Counted from the stretch's first letter, positions 37,235 to 47,557 are shown. The stretch: DNA of 64,000 nt from Parcubacteria group bacterium (GCA_041675165.1 JBAYUI010000001.1:6901-70900); one strand, 5' to 3'. A program made the numbers and translations. Notes: a model not told the origin generated them from the letters alone.

Positions 37235-38683
37235 ATGAATAATATAGAAAAGGAAGCTTTAATATGGCTTGAAAAAAGCCTTAAACCATTTCCTCAAGAA
37301 TTGAATGAAATCGATTGGAAATGCCAGCTTTCGACAAAAACCGATCGACTCGCTCAGCACATTTCAGCCTTCTCAAACTATAACGGCGGCGGATTTTTGG
37401 TTTTCGGAATTGACAATGATGGTGATATTTTAGGAATCAATAATAGTGATTGCGATGAGATACTAAAGAAATTAGGAAACATTGCGCGTCAAAATCTTTT
37501 GCCGCCAGTTGTAATTGATCATGCTGTCGCTAATTATCAAGGAAAGGATTTGTTATTTGTTAGAATAAATGAAGCACAGGAAAAGCCAATTCATTTGAGA
37601 AATGGGTCGATATACGATTCGTATATTCGCTCAGCAGGGCAAACAAGAAGAATGGAAAAGATGGAAGTGGCGGCTTTGATTTCACAATCACAAGGGCTAC
37701 AATTTGAGGACGGTATCTCCGCTACAGGCTTATCTGCAGAAGAAGTTTTAAAGAAAATTGATTTCACTTCGTATTTTGATTTAGCGGTGCGACCTATGCC
37801 GGATGGAAATGAGGCTATCCTTGAAAATCTTATCTTCGAAAAATTAGTCAGAAAAAATGGAGATCTTTTTGATATTACAAATTTGGGCGCCATCTTGTTT
37901 GCAAAAAATATTGAAGAATTTGAAAACCTAAAAAGAAAAGCCGTTCGTGTGATTATTTACGAAGAAAAAGACAGGCTAAAAACAGTTAAAGAGCTGGAAG
38001 GAAGGAGGGGTTACGCGTCTGGCTTTGAATCACTCATAGAATATGTTGAAAATTTATTACCAGCGAATGAAGTTATCAAGACTGCGCTGCGTCAAGATGT
38101 TAAAATGTATCCAGAAGTTGCTATTCGTGAACTTATTGCCAATGCTTTGATACATCAAGATTTTAATATGACGGGCACTGGTCCGATGATTGAGATTTTT
38201 TCTGACAGAATAGAGATTACAAATCCAGGTCAGCCGCTTATTGACACCCTACGCCTTTTAGACTCTCCTCCGCAATCTCGCAATGAAAAACTAGCAGGTA
38301 TTATGCGAAGATTTAAGGTTTGCGAGGAAAGAGGAAGTGGTATTGATAAGATTGTATATCTAACAGAAATATACCAGCTGCCAGCACCAGATTTTATAAA
38401 AAGTGAAAATCATTTTAGGGCAATTCTTTTCGCACATAAGGCGTTATCAAATATGAATAAAAAGGATAAAGTTAGAGCTTGTTATTTGCATTGCTGTTTG
38501 AAACATGTAGCAGGAGATAAAATGAATAATACCTCGCTGAGAGAAAGATTTCAGATAGCGGAGGCCAACTATCCGATCGCTTCAAATATTATAAGTGACA
38601 CGATTGATTCGGGATTAATCAAACCCTATGATCCTAGTAATAAATCTAAACGGTATATGGCATACGTTCCTTTCTGGGCTTAG
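37235..38683 (+). CDS. Schlafen/AlbA_2 domain protein with a C-terminal RecG-C/HATPase-like ATP-binding region
   Basis: EIDWK, ISAFSNYNGGGFLVFGIDN, AIRELIANALIHQDF, DRIEITNPG, SRNEKLA and EERGSGIDK motifs. Confidence 0.85.
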   Translation: MNNIEKEALIWLEKSLKPFPQELNEIDWKCQLSTKTDRLAQHISAFSNYNGGGFLVFGIDNDGDILGINNSDCDEILKKLGNIARQNLLPPVVIDHAVANYQGKDLLFVRINEAQEKPIHLRNGSIYDSYIRSAGQTRRMEKMEVAALISQSQGLQFEDGISATGLSAEEVLKKIDFTSYFDLAVRPMPDGNEAILENLIFEKLVRKNGDLFDITNLGAILFAKNIEEFENLKRKAVRVIIYEEKDRLKTVKELEGRRGYASGFESLIEYVENLLPANEVIKTALRQDVKMYPEVAIRELIANALIHQDFNMTGTGPMIEIFSDRIEITNPGQPLIDTLRLLDSPPQSRNEKLAGIMRRFKVCEERGSGIDKIVYLTEIYQLPAPDFIKSENHFRAILFAHKALSNMNKKDKVRACYLHCCLKHVAGDKMNNTSLRERFQIAEANYPIASNIISDTIDSGLIKPYDPSNKSKRYMAYVPFWA

Positions 38684-38722
38684 TTTTAAGTTAATATAAT
38701 AAAATAGATAAGCAGTAATCTT

Positions 38723-39631
38723 ATGCCAGAACTTCCAGAAGTCCAAACCGTAGTGAATGATCTGAATGAAAAAATCAGAGGCGACAAAGTCGTTTCTTTT
38801 TGGAGTGAGTGGCCGAAGGCGATCAAAAATAAAAAACTTAAAGATTTCCAAAAAGAAATAATTGGGCGGAAAGTTTTGGGCGTAAGGAGGGTTGGGAAGA
38901 ATATTTTTATAGATTTAAACGGTGATAAGACGCTGTATATACATTTGAAGATGACAGGACATCTTTTGGTGAAATTTCAAAATCCAAATGACAAATTACA
39001 AATAAAATCCAAAATCAAAAATCTAAAAAATACAAAACCGGATTATTTCAGTGACAGGGTTAATCAATATATCAGGCATAAATGGACATTAAAAGATAAA
39101 AAAGGCAAATTAAAGACCATTGAGTTTTCGGATATGCGCAAATTTGCCAAGATTGTGTTGGATGATACGGAGAAAATAAAAAACTTAAAAGAAATAAAGG
39201 CCTTGGGAGTGGATGCGCTCAGTGCGGAGTTCACTTTCCAGAAATTTCAAGAAATACTTTCCAAAAAACCGAAAGGGCAGATTGGGATAATTCTTTTGGA
39301 TCAAAATTTGATCGCCGGCATCGGCAACATCTACCGCAGTGAGATCCTGTTTGAAGCGGGCATTTTGCCGGATAGGCCAATTGAAAAAATTACACTACCG
39401 GAACGCAAGAAGCTTTATGCTGCCATCGGTAAAATCCTCAAAAAAGCGGTGAAATTGCGGGGCACTTCTGATTCGGATTATCGTGATACTTCTGGCGCGC
39501 CCGGAGGATTCCAAAAAGTGCTCAAAGTCTATCGCAAGGAAAAGCAAAAATGTCAAAAATGTGGTACAATGGTGCAAAGAAAAACTTTGGGGCAAAGAAG
39601 TGTTTTCTTTTGTCCTGAATGTCAAAAATAA
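38723..39631 (+). CDS. mutM: Formamidopyrimidine-DNA glycosylase
   Basis: MPELPEV, HLKMTG, D.RKF, GIGNIY.SE and C-terminal CxxC...CxxCQ zinc finger. Confidence 0.96.
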   Translation: MPELPEVQTVVNDLNEKIRGDKVVSFWSEWPKAIKNKKLKDFQKEIIGRKVLGVRRVGKNIFIDLNGDKTLYIHLKMTGHLLVKFQNPNDKLQIKSKIKNLKNTKPDYFSDRVNQYIRHKWTLKDKKGKLKTIEFSDMRKFAKIVLDDTEKIKNLKEIKALGVDALSAEFTFQKFQEILSKKPKGQIGIILLDQNLIAGIGNIYRSEILFEAGILPDRPIEKITLPERKKLYAAIGKILKKAVKLRGTSDSDYRDTSGAPGGFQKVLKVYRKEKQKCQKCGTMVQRKTLGQRSVFFCPECQK

Positions 39632-39650
39632 TTTTTTCAATAAGGTGTGT

Positions 39651-39766
39651 CATCCCGCAGCCAATTCCAAAAAAGCTTTGAGGTTATATTTGGATTGATG
39701 TGCGTGGTCGCCTGCGGCTTAGATATTTTTAAATAACTAGTTTTATTGGCGAATTGGTGCGGGATG
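39651..39766. mobile_element. MITE-like element with terminal inverted repeats (copy A)
   Basis: CATCCCGCAgCCAATTC ... GAATTGGTGCGGGATG; the same TIR family occurs at 45762-45859. Confidence 0.5.
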
Positions 39767-39804
39767 CTCATTTTTGTTCCTGCTCGCTTCGCTCACAGAC
39801 AAAA

Positions 39805-40974
39805 ATGGCAAACAGTAAAAAAATAATCAGTGCAGTCATTATCCTGGCTCTGGTCGGGGGCGGGATATATTTCATAAAAAAGTCAAAAACTAGCAATGTC
39901 AAACAGATCGATCTGAACAAAAAAACCGCGCAGAATTCCGGCCCGGCCAATACCGGACCGGTCAGCCCCATTTCCGGCCTGAGCTGTGACAATTGGAATA
40001 AACGTCCGATTGCGGTGATGCAACCGGCTGATCCGACGGCGCGTCCCGCCGCTGGTTTTTCCGACGCGGATATGGTTTTTGAAATGCCGGTCTTCACCAA
40101 TTCGAACACGCGCCTGATGGGAGTGTACCTCTGCAATCTTCCCAATGAAGTCGGCTCGATTAGGAGCGGCCGCCATGATTACATTCCGCTGGCCAAGGGA
40201 CTGGACGCAGTGTACATCCACTGGGGATATTCCATTTTTGCCGAGAGCCTGCTCAAACAAAAAATTATTGATAACATCAATTGTTTAACGACTTCTTATT
40301 GTGCTCGCTGGCCGAAGACCGGCGTGATGCAGCTGGAGGATACGGGACACATTACCAAAGACAAGATTGAACAAGCTATGAAGGATTACAATTATCACAC
40401 TGATGATAAATTTGCAGGGTATCCTCATCAGGATGAAGCCGGAATCGATCAGCGTCCGAACGGCGGGGGCTTGCGCTTGGCTTACCCGGGGAAATATGGC
40501 GTTAATTTTGATTACGACAAAGAATCAAATACGTATCCGCGCACCTGGGACGGCACGCCAGATATTGACAAAAACAATGGCAAACGTGTGGCGCCGAAAA
40601 ACATCGCTGTGCTTTATGCGGCTGATGCTCAGATAAAATTGGCGGATGAGCAGAACTATATCAACAGCGGACTCATGGATCCATGGTCGCTGGTGCCGAA
40701 AGAAGATCAGGCGGGGATTGATTATAACGGCGTGGGGCGCTACAACAATTTGCAACTCGGCGATCCATGGTTCGATACGACCGACAGTGGTGATGCCTAT
40801 TACTATTTCAACGGCCAACAAGTCAAGGGCACCTGGAAAAAAGATAAGAGCAGTCTGGACAGTAAACTTTTCTTCTATGATGAAAGCGGGGCGGAAATCA
40901 AATTCGTACCGGGTCAGATCTGGGTGGATGTGATGGAGCCGGGCCAGGGCATGAAATGGACACCCGCTAGCTAA
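39805..40974 (+). CDS. DUF3048-family membrane-anchored protein
   Basis: N-terminal TM; RPIAVM, ARP..G...ADMVFE, TRLM..Y, GSIRS.R, HWG and GQIWV motifs. Confidence 0.85.
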   Translation: MANSKKIISAVIILALVGGGIYFIKKSKTSNVKQIDLNKKTAQNSGPANTGPVSPISGLSCDNWNKRPIAVMQPADPTARPAAGFSDADMVFEMPVFTNSNTRLMGVYLCNLPNEVGSIRSGRHDYIPLAKGLDAVYIHWGYSIFAESLLKQKIIDNINCLTTSYCARWPKTGVMQLEDTGHITKDKIEQAMKDYNYHTDDKFAGYPHQDEAGIDQRPNGGGLRLAYPGKYGVNFDYDKESNTYPRTWDGTPDIDKNNGKRVAPKNIAVLYAADAQIKLADEQNYINSGLMDPWSLVPKEDQAGIDYNGVGRYNNLQLGDPWFDTTDSGDAYYYFNGQQVKGTWKKDKSSLDSKLFFYDESGAEIKFVPGQIWVDVMEPGQGMKWTPAS

Positions 40975-41037
40975 AGCTAGAATGTTCAATACTCAATATC
41001 CAATAATCAATAGAACAGAAGTTGGTGATTTTAAAAT

Positions 41038-42018
41038 ATGATACTATTTTTATACGGCGAGGATGCATTTTCTTCTAAACGCAAGGTCGCTGAAATAAAA
41101 CAAAAATATCTCAATTCTGATAAGTCCGGTTCCGGCTTATCAGTTTTTGATTGTGACCACGCCTCCGTAGCAGATAAAGTTAATGTAAAAAATATAGTCA
41201 GCGTGATCAATACGCCTAATCTCTTGGCGCCTAAAAGACTGCTAATTATTAAGGATTTTGTTTCAGCGACACTGGCCGAGGAGCAAAAAGAATTATTGAC
41301 TTTTCTCAAGAAAAAAGACCGAAATTTAGGCGAAGACAGTGATGTGGTCGTAGTTTTTTGGGAAGGAAGTCAGCCGAAAAAATCCGGGGCGTTGTATAAA
41401 TTTTTGGAGAAAAATGCCAAGAGCCAACATTTTGAAAAATTAAGCGGCGTGAAGTTGCAACAATGGGTCTTGAAAAATTTAGTGAACGTTGATCCGACAG
41501 CCAAAATTTCCAAGTCTGCCTTGGAGAAATTGATCGCCTATTGCGGCGAGGATAATTTTATTTTGTTTTCCGAGATGCAAAAATTGGCCAGCTATGCGAA
41601 CGGTCAGATGATTGAAGAGAAAGACGTGGAAAAATTAGTGCGAGCTAAAATAGATGGTAATATATTCGCCATGGTAGACGCGATTGGCGCTAATAACAAA
41701 AAACAGGCGCTCGGAATGCTACACAAACACCTGGAAAAAGGCGATGATCCTTTCTATATCCTCTCCATGTTTTTCTATCAATTCCGCAATATGTTGAAAG
41801 TGGCTGATCTTAAGGAGCAAGGGATGCCAGAACATGAAATCGCGCGTGCGACTAAGTTGCATCCGTTCGTGGTGAAAAAAAGCCTCTCGCAAGTTTCCCG
41901 GTTGCCTCTTGCAAAATTAAAAACCATCTATCAAAAGTTGGGCGAACTGGATACAGAGGTGAAGACTGGGAAAATCGAAATTAAGTTGGGGTTGGACAAG
42001 TTTGTGGTGGAGTTGTGA
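41038..42018 (+). CDS. holA: DNA polymerase III delta subunit
   Basis: MILFLYGED, EMQKL..Y, NIFAMVDAI, HPFVVKK and D..VKTG motifs. Confidence 0.9.
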   Translation: MILFLYGEDAFSSKRKVAEIKQKYLNSDKSGSGLSVFDCDHASVADKVNVKNIVSVINTPNLLAPKRLLIIKDFVSATLAEEQKELLTFLKKKDRNLGEDSDVVVVFWEGSQPKKSGALYKFLEKNAKSQHFEKLSGVKLQQWVLKNLVNVDPTAKISKSALEKLIAYCGEDNFILFSEMQKLASYANGQMIEEKDVEKLVRAKIDGNIFAMVDAIGANNKKQALGMLHKHLEKGDDPFYILSMFFYQFRNMLKVADLKEQGMPEHEIARATKLHPFVVKKSLSQVSRLPLAKLKTIYQKLGELDTEVKTGKIEIKLGLDKFVVEL

Positions 42019-42038
42019 TTTCTTAATGAGATATAATC

Positions 42039-42803
42039 ATGATCAAAAGACAAATTATAGTAGATAATTTGAATATTCAATTTTATCAAAGTGACTGTAT
42101 TGGCAAAGAAAAATTGGTGATATTATTGCATGGCTGGAATTCTCGGGCAAAACATTTAAAAATCATCTTCCAAGAGATGGATAATTTTATCGCCCTGGAT
42201 CTTCCCGGTTTTGGAGAAAGCGATTTGCCGCCTGTTGTTTGGGGGGTAGCTGAATATGCTAATTTTTTGCGAAGATTTCTTGAGAAGCTGGAAATTGAAA
42301 AACCTATTCTAGCTGGACATTCTTTTGGGGGCAGTGTCATTTTGAAGTATCTAGCCAATGGTGGCAGAGCAGAAAAGATTATCCTAGTTTCTCCTTCCGG
42401 CATAAGGAAAAGAGGAATGAAGATATGGTTCTATAAGATTGTGGCCAAAATAGCAAAAAGCATATTGAGTCTTCCCGGCGCATCCTTTTTTAGGGATAAA
42501 ATCAGAATAAAAGCGTATAAGATGATAGATTCAGAGGATTATATCGAAGCTGGAGCGTTGACCGAAAGTTATAAAAAAATTATTCGGGAAGATTTGAGCG
42601 AAGATATGAAGAAGATCCAAATCAAAACTATTTTAATCTGGGGCGAAAAGGATGTTGCGACTCCGCTTGCTCAGGGCGAACTTATGCAGAAGTTTATCAA
42701 AAATTCTAAATTGTATATCATCAAAACAGCTGGCCACTTTTCTTTTGTTGATCAGCCGGAGGAATTTAAGAAAATATTTTTAAGAGAAATCAATGCTGAT
42801 TAG
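42039..42803 (+). CDS. Alpha/beta hydrolase
   Basis: LHGW, LDLPGFGES, GHSFGG, WGEKD and AGHF motifs. Confidence 0.9.
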   Translation: MIKRQIIVDNLNIQFYQSDCIGKEKLVILLHGWNSRAKHLKIIFQEMDNFIALDLPGFGESDLPPVVWGVAEYANFLRRFLEKLEIEKPILAGHSFGGSVILKYLANGGRAEKIILVSPSGIRKRGMKIWFYKIVAKIAKSILSLPGASFFRDKIRIKAYKMIDSEDYIEAGALTESYKKIIREDLSEDMKKIQIKTILIWGEKDVATPLAQGELMQKFIKNSKLYIIKTAGHFSFVDQPEEFKKIFLREINAD

Positions 42804-44166
42804 AAATTTGATCTATATCTTGCAACTAAATCTTTATGATATAGGGAGCTTCTTGAAATTTGCCTATACACATCCGGCGTGGTGGCGGTTGGAAAAGAGA
42901 GCAACTATTACTTGGACAAAAAAGGCTAAGTTGGTCTATGTCGTTACAATATTTTTTCTTATAGCAATCATAGGCTGCGCTTATTTCCAACTGGGCTTCT
43001 CCGGCTTAGGTGTCATATTTTTTGAAATTATCATGTTACCTGCCATTATTAGTTTTGCAACTGTGAGCGTTTATCCGATAGACAAATATCTGAAAGGGAG
43101 ACTGGTTAAAAAAGCCAAACTGATTTTGCGGCGATATGTCCAGGGCGTTACGGTCATTGGCATTACCGGCAGTTATGGCAAAACTTCGACGCGAGAAATT
43201 CTCGCTAGCATCCTGGGTGAAAAATTTCGCGTGTTTAAATTAGAAGAGAACATTAACACAGACATCGGGATTGCTGATTATATCGTGAAAAATCCTGACT
43301 TTTTAGAGAGTAAGGAAGTATTCATCGTGGAAATGGGAGCGTATAAAAAAGGGGATATCAAGGATCTTTGCGACTTGGTCAGTCCTGATTATTCTATTTT
43401 GACGGGCATCAACGAATCGCATTTGGAGCGATTCGGCAGTTTGGAAAATACTATCCAAGCTAAGTTCGAATTGCCACTGGCAACAAAAAAAATGGCAGTT
43501 TTAAATTTTAAGGATGAGAATGTAAAAAATAATTTTTCAAAATTTGATTTAAAAAACTCAGTCGGCGTGACTGATGAAGCGGCGCAAGAAATCAAAATCC
43601 TGGATAATTTTCTTGGTCTTGAATTCAAGCTGAATGATAGAATCTTCAAAACAAAACTTTTGGCAGGGCATAATATTCCCCTCATTCTTCTGTGTTTGGA
43701 AATAGCCGGTGCATTAGGGATGGATTCTGAGGCTATGGCAAAAGGTGTGGAAAAAATCTCATATATTCCCCATAGGTTAGAGCCGATCTATAATGATAAG
43801 ACGGATGTTTGGGTGATCGATGACAGTTATAACGGGAATTTCAATGGAATCATCAGTGGCTTGGAAGTGCTTGGCCGCGCGCGCGGCCGACGGATCGTTC
43901 TGACGCCCGGCCTCGTCGAGCTGGGCAAAAAAACGGAAAAAGTGCATAATAATATCGGTCAGTTATATGCGGATCAGGGGGTAGATTTAGTACTGCTGAT
44001 CAAAAATAAAGCTACCAAATATATTGTTTCCGGATTGAAGGAAAGGGGCTTTGAAAACTATAAGATATTTGATTCGTCCAATCAAGCCCATGCAGCCCTG
44101 CCTGAAATCATTCAGCGCGGCGATACGATCATTTTTCAAAATGATCTGCCAGATAATTATTTTTAA
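42793..44166 (+). CDS. murF: UDP-MurNAc-tripeptide--D-Ala-D-Ala ligase with an N-terminal membrane segment
   Basis: GITGSYGKTSTRE, VEMGAY, HLERFG, IDDSYNGN and PGLVELG motifs. Confidence 0.88.
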   Translation: MLIRNLIYILQLNLYDIGSFLKFAYTHPAWWRLEKRATITWTKKAKLVYVVTIFFLIAIIGCAYFQLGFSGLGVIFFEIIMLPAIISFATVSVYPIDKYLKGRLVKKAKLILRRYVQGVTVIGITGSYGKTSTREILASILGEKFRVFKLEENINTDIGIADYIVKNPDFLESKEVFIVEMGAYKKGDIKDLCDLVSPDYSILTGINESHLERFGSLENTIQAKFELPLATKKMAVLNFKDENVKNNFSKFDLKNSVGVTDEAAQEIKILDNFLGLEFKLNDRIFKTKLLAGHNIPLILLCLEIAGALGMDSEAMAKGVEKISYIPHRLEPIYNDKTDVWVIDDSYNGNFNGIISGLEVLGRARGRRIVLTPGLVELGKKTEKVHNNIGQLYADQGVDLVLLIKNKATKYIVSGLKERGFENYKIFDSSNQAHAALPEIIQRGDTIIFQNDLPDNYF

Positions 44167-44175
44167 TAAACTATT

Positions 44176-45342
44176 ATGAACATTGGGGTATTTTTTGGCG
44201 GGAAAAGTCCGGAACATGACGTCTCGATCATTACGGGTCAACTTATCATTTCGGAATTGAAAAAGATGGGGAGATTGTTCACTCCGGTATATCTAGGGAA
44301 AAACGGGGAGTGGTATATCGGAGAAGAGCTGGATGACTTGAAATTTTTTATGGATAAACAGCGGGAGCAGAAATTGCCAAGCCTGGATAACTATTCGCTC
44401 AGCCTTAAGGAATCTAAAAGACGATTGGTTTTTGAAAAGAAAGGGCTGTTGTCTAAAAAAGTTATCATTGATCTGGCTTTTCCATGTTTTCATGGTTCGA
44501 ACGGTGAAGACGGCACGATACAGGGACTTTTTGAAATGTTTAATGTGCCCTATGTCGGTTGCGACGTAGCTTCCTCGGCCGTAGCTTTTGATAAGGTACT
44601 CACTAAGCTCTTGTATCAAAGCCTAAACATCCCGACAGCCAAGTTTATCCATTTTAGCGGTCAAGATTGGATGGGTAAAAAGGAGGAAATTATTTCAGAA
44701 ATAAAGAGGCATCTGCGCTTCCCGCTTTTTGTGAAACCGCCTAAACTTGGATCATCCATCGGCATCACGCGAGCTAAAGACGAGAATGAGCTGGAATCTG
44801 GCATTGAGTTGGCACTGCATTATGGAGAAAAAGTTCTCGTGGAGGAGGGAGTGGAAAATTTGGCGGACATCACTTGTTGTGTCATTGGAAATGATGAATT
44901 GACAGCTTCGCTCGTCCAAGAGTCAATTTTTGACAGTGACCTTTTCAATTTCGAAGAAAAATATTTGAAAGACGGCGGGGCACAGACGGGGAGCGCTAAA
45001 GACCGAATAATAATTCCTGCGCGATTGGATGAAAAAACTACGACAAATGTGCAGGCAATGGCTAAACAGATTTACAAAAGTATCGGCTCTAGTGGCATTG
45101 CCCGCGTGGATTTCCTTTTTGATAAGCAGGCAGATAAATTATATGCTAATGAGATTAATCCACTGCCCGGCAACATCTATTTCCATCTATGGGAGGAGAG
45201 CGGATTAGGATTGGATGAGCTCTTGGAAAAACTTTTGCAATTTGCGATTGAACGTCACACAGCCAAGAACAAAATAACTTACACTTTCAAGACAGACCTG
45301 ATGGACTTTGCGAATTCGGTGAAGTTAAAAATGAAAAAATAA
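44176..45342 (+). CDS. ddl: D-alanine--D-alanine ligase
   Basis: FGGKSPEHDVS, HGSNGEDGTIQG, KP..LGSSIGI, ARVDF and NEINPLPG motifs. Confidence 0.93.
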   Translation: MNIGVFFGGKSPEHDVSIITGQLIISELKKMGRLFTPVYLGKNGEWYIGEELDDLKFFMDKQREQKLPSLDNYSLSLKESKRRLVFEKKGLLSKKVIIDLAFPCFHGSNGEDGTIQGLFEMFNVPYVGCDVASSAVAFDKVLTKLLYQSLNIPTAKFIHFSGQDWMGKKEEIISEIKRHLRFPLFVKPPKLGSSIGITRAKDENELESGIELALHYGEKVLVEEGVENLADITCCVIGNDELTASLVQESIFDSDLFNFEEKYLKDGGAQTGSAKDRIIIPARLDEKTTTNVQAMAKQIYKSIGSSGIARVDFLFDKQADKLYANEINPLPGNIYFHLWEESGLGLDELLEKLLQFAIERHTAKNKITYTFKTDLMDFANSVKLKMKK

Positions 45343-45360
45343 TAATGTTTTCTGTAACAA

Positions 45361-45394
45361 AAAAACCACTCCGATGTACATCGGAGTGGTTTTC
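45361..45394. terminator. Bidirectional terminator between ddl and rpsT
   Basis: AAAACCACTCCGAT/ATCGGAGTGGTTTT palindrome. Confidence 0.65.
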
Positions 45395-45404
45395 ATTTGC
45401 AAGA

Positions 45405-45677
45405 TTATTTCTTCAGCGCGGCAGCTTTCACGGTTTTGTTCAGGCGGGATTTCATGCGGGCAGCGGTATTTTTGTGTAGGACATTCTTTTGAGCGGCTTT
45501 GTCCAAGGCTTTCATCGATTTCTTCAGATATTCCTGAGCTTTGGCAACATCGTTTTTGGCCAGAGATTCCTTGGTCGCTTTTATCGCGCTCTTGAAAGAT
45601 CCTTTAATCTTACGGTTCTTCTCCGTCTTTCTTTCGGTGACCCGCATATATTTCTTAGCGGCTTCTTTGATCGGCAT
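45405..45677 (-). CDS. rpsT: 30S ribosomal protein S20
   Basis: MPIKEAAKKYMR...LDKAAQKNVLHKNTAARMKSRL. Confidence 0.93.
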   Translation of the reverse strand: MPIKEAAKKYMRVTERKTEKNRKIKGSFKSAIKATKESLAKNDVAKAQEYLKKSMKALDKAAQKNVLHKNTAARMKSRLNKTVKAAALKK

Positions 45678-45761
45678 GTTCGTTTTACTCAAGTTAAAAA
45701 TGCAAAATTAAAAATGCAAAATTGAACTCGAAAAATTAAATTTTAAAATAGTAAAAAGTAA

Positions 45762-45859
45762 ATCCCAGCACCATGACTTAGAAAGTAAAGGTTTCTAAGA
45801 TATTCCACGAATTGCATATCAGAAAGACAATTGTAACCAGCTTGGAAATGGTGCGGGAT
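45762..45859. mobile_element. MITE-like element with terminal inverted repeats (copy B)
   Basis: ATCCCaGCACCAT ... ATGGTGCGGGAT. Confidence 0.5.
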
Positions 45860-45934
45860 AAAGGTTTTTACTTATCATTTGTATCATAAGCTGGGATTTT
45901 TGGCAAGTCTTGGTTTAAATGATAGAATTGAAAC

Positions 45935-46507
45935 ATGATTGCCAAACTAACGGGAAAAATTGAATATCTGAAAAGCACCTACGCTGTCATTGATGTGCAC
46001 GGCGTGGGATATAAGGTGCATCTCAGCGCCTACACTTTTGGAAAAGTGGCTGGCACGGCCGAAATCAGCCTGTTCATCCACACTTATGTGCGCGAAGACA
46101 CTTTGGCGCTCTATGGTTTTTTAGTGCCGGAAGAATTGGAAATGTTCGAGCTTTTGATTTCCATTTCCGGCATCGGTCCGAAAGCTGGCATGAGTATTCT
46201 TTCCATTGCTACGCCAAAAACGATCAAGACCGCCATCTTGAACGAAGACCCGTCCATTCTGACCAAAGTTTCCGGCATCGGCAAAAAAACCGCCGAGCGG
46301 GTGATCTTGGAATTGCAAAACAAGGTAGCTGATTTGAGTGTGGGCGACAAAGAAGAAGCAGTGACGGACGTGGATTCGATTGAAGCCTTAATGACCATGG
46401 GCTATTCCAACGCCGAAGCCCGCGACGCCTTGAAAAGCGTGCCGGCGGATGTGAAAGATGTCGGGCAAAGGATCAAGACGGCGCTCAAGAATTTGGGGAG
46501 AAGGTAG
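45935..46507 (+). CDS. ruvA: Holliday junction branch migration protein RuvA
   Basis: GVGY, VRED..LYGF, GIGPK and GIGKKTAERVILEL motifs. Confidence 0.96.
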   Translation: MIAKLTGKIEYLKSTYAVIDVHGVGYKVHLSAYTFGKVAGTAEISLFIHTYVREDTLALYGFLVPEELEMFELLISISGIGPKAGMSILSIATPKTIKTAILNEDPSILTKVSGIGKKTAERVILELQNKVADLSVGDKEEAVTDVDSIEALMTMGYSNAEARDALKSVPADVKDVGQRIKTALKNLGRR

Positions 46508-46634
46508 GATGATAATTAAATAACTTGTAAGGTTTCATTAAAAAATTCTTTTTCGTGGAGAATTTTTTTGTTATGGCGGATAGACTGTTCAAAACTTTTA
46601 TTGTATGATTAAGGTATAAAATAAAAAAATAAAA

Positions 46635-47504
46635 ATGAAAAAAATCCCGATCTATTTAAAACTAGCAGTCGTTTTTGTCCTTGTGATATTGTCAGCCGCG
46701 GCTATTAAGGGCGGCAATGGATCTTTTGACTTTTCCCAGATAATCGCCTACGTGATTTTGATCATCGCGGTTTTCAGCTTTGGGTTGTTTATGATGTTTT
46801 CCTTGGAGAATCGCAAAGAAAGGATTAACTCCATCAAAGATTCACTGCGCAAGCAAGACGCTCATTTGCTCAACATCTACCAGTTTTCCAAATTTTTCGC
46901 GCCGAGCGTGACGGAAAAAATAATCAATCACATCGACAGCTATTTGATAACCCAGATCGATTATCGGATCGAGGATACCGATAGGTCGAGCGAGAGCCTG
47001 GCCGATTTTTTTGATTTAGCGAGACAGATCAAGGCTTCCACCGAAGAGCAGCGGGCGGTGAAAATGAGGATCATGAATAACTTGGAAGAGATCAGTTTGA
47101 TCTTGAAAGAAGTTTCTTTCAAGGCGACTGACCGGATGAGCGGTTATGAATGGATAAGTCTTCTGGCGCTGTTCTTCGTGATCGTCTTTGGGCTGTTCTA
47201 TGAGAATACTAATTCACTGGTGTGCATTTTCATCATTTCCATCATCGCCACGGCTCTGGCTCTTTTGCTGTTCATCCTGAGAGAACTGGACAGATTACAT
47301 TGGCAAGAACAATATTGGGTCTGGAATCCATTGGTGAATCTGTTCAAGGAGTTAGGTCTGGTGCCATATTTTCCGGAAATAATTTTCAAAACAAACCGAG
47401 TGGCCATCAAAAAGATCCGCGGCCTGACCAAAGCCCGGATCGCCATCTACAAATATCCCTACCCGAATTTCAAAGGTAAGAAGATTAAGATTGTGAAGGT
47501 GTAG
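46635..47504 (+). CDS. Hypothetical membrane protein (4 TM)
   Basis: Two pairs of TM helices flanking a helical soluble region. Confidence 0.7.
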   Translation: MKKIPIYLKLAVVFVLVILSAAAIKGGNGSFDFSQIIAYVILIIAVFSFGLFMMFSLENRKERINSIKDSLRKQDAHLLNIYQFSKFFAPSVTEKIINHIDSYLITQIDYRIEDTDRSSESLADFFDLARQIKASTEEQRAVKMRIMNNLEEISLILKEVSFKATDRMSGYEWISLLALFFVIVFGLFYENTNSLVCIFIISIIATALALLLFILRELDRLHWQEQYWVWNPLVNLFKELGLVPYFPEIIFKTNRVAIKKIRGLTKARIAIYKYPYPNFKGKKIKIVKV

Positions 47505-47557
47505 GAATGAAATGTAAAAAGAAATTTTAAAAATACGACCGTGGTGGTCGTGTTTTT

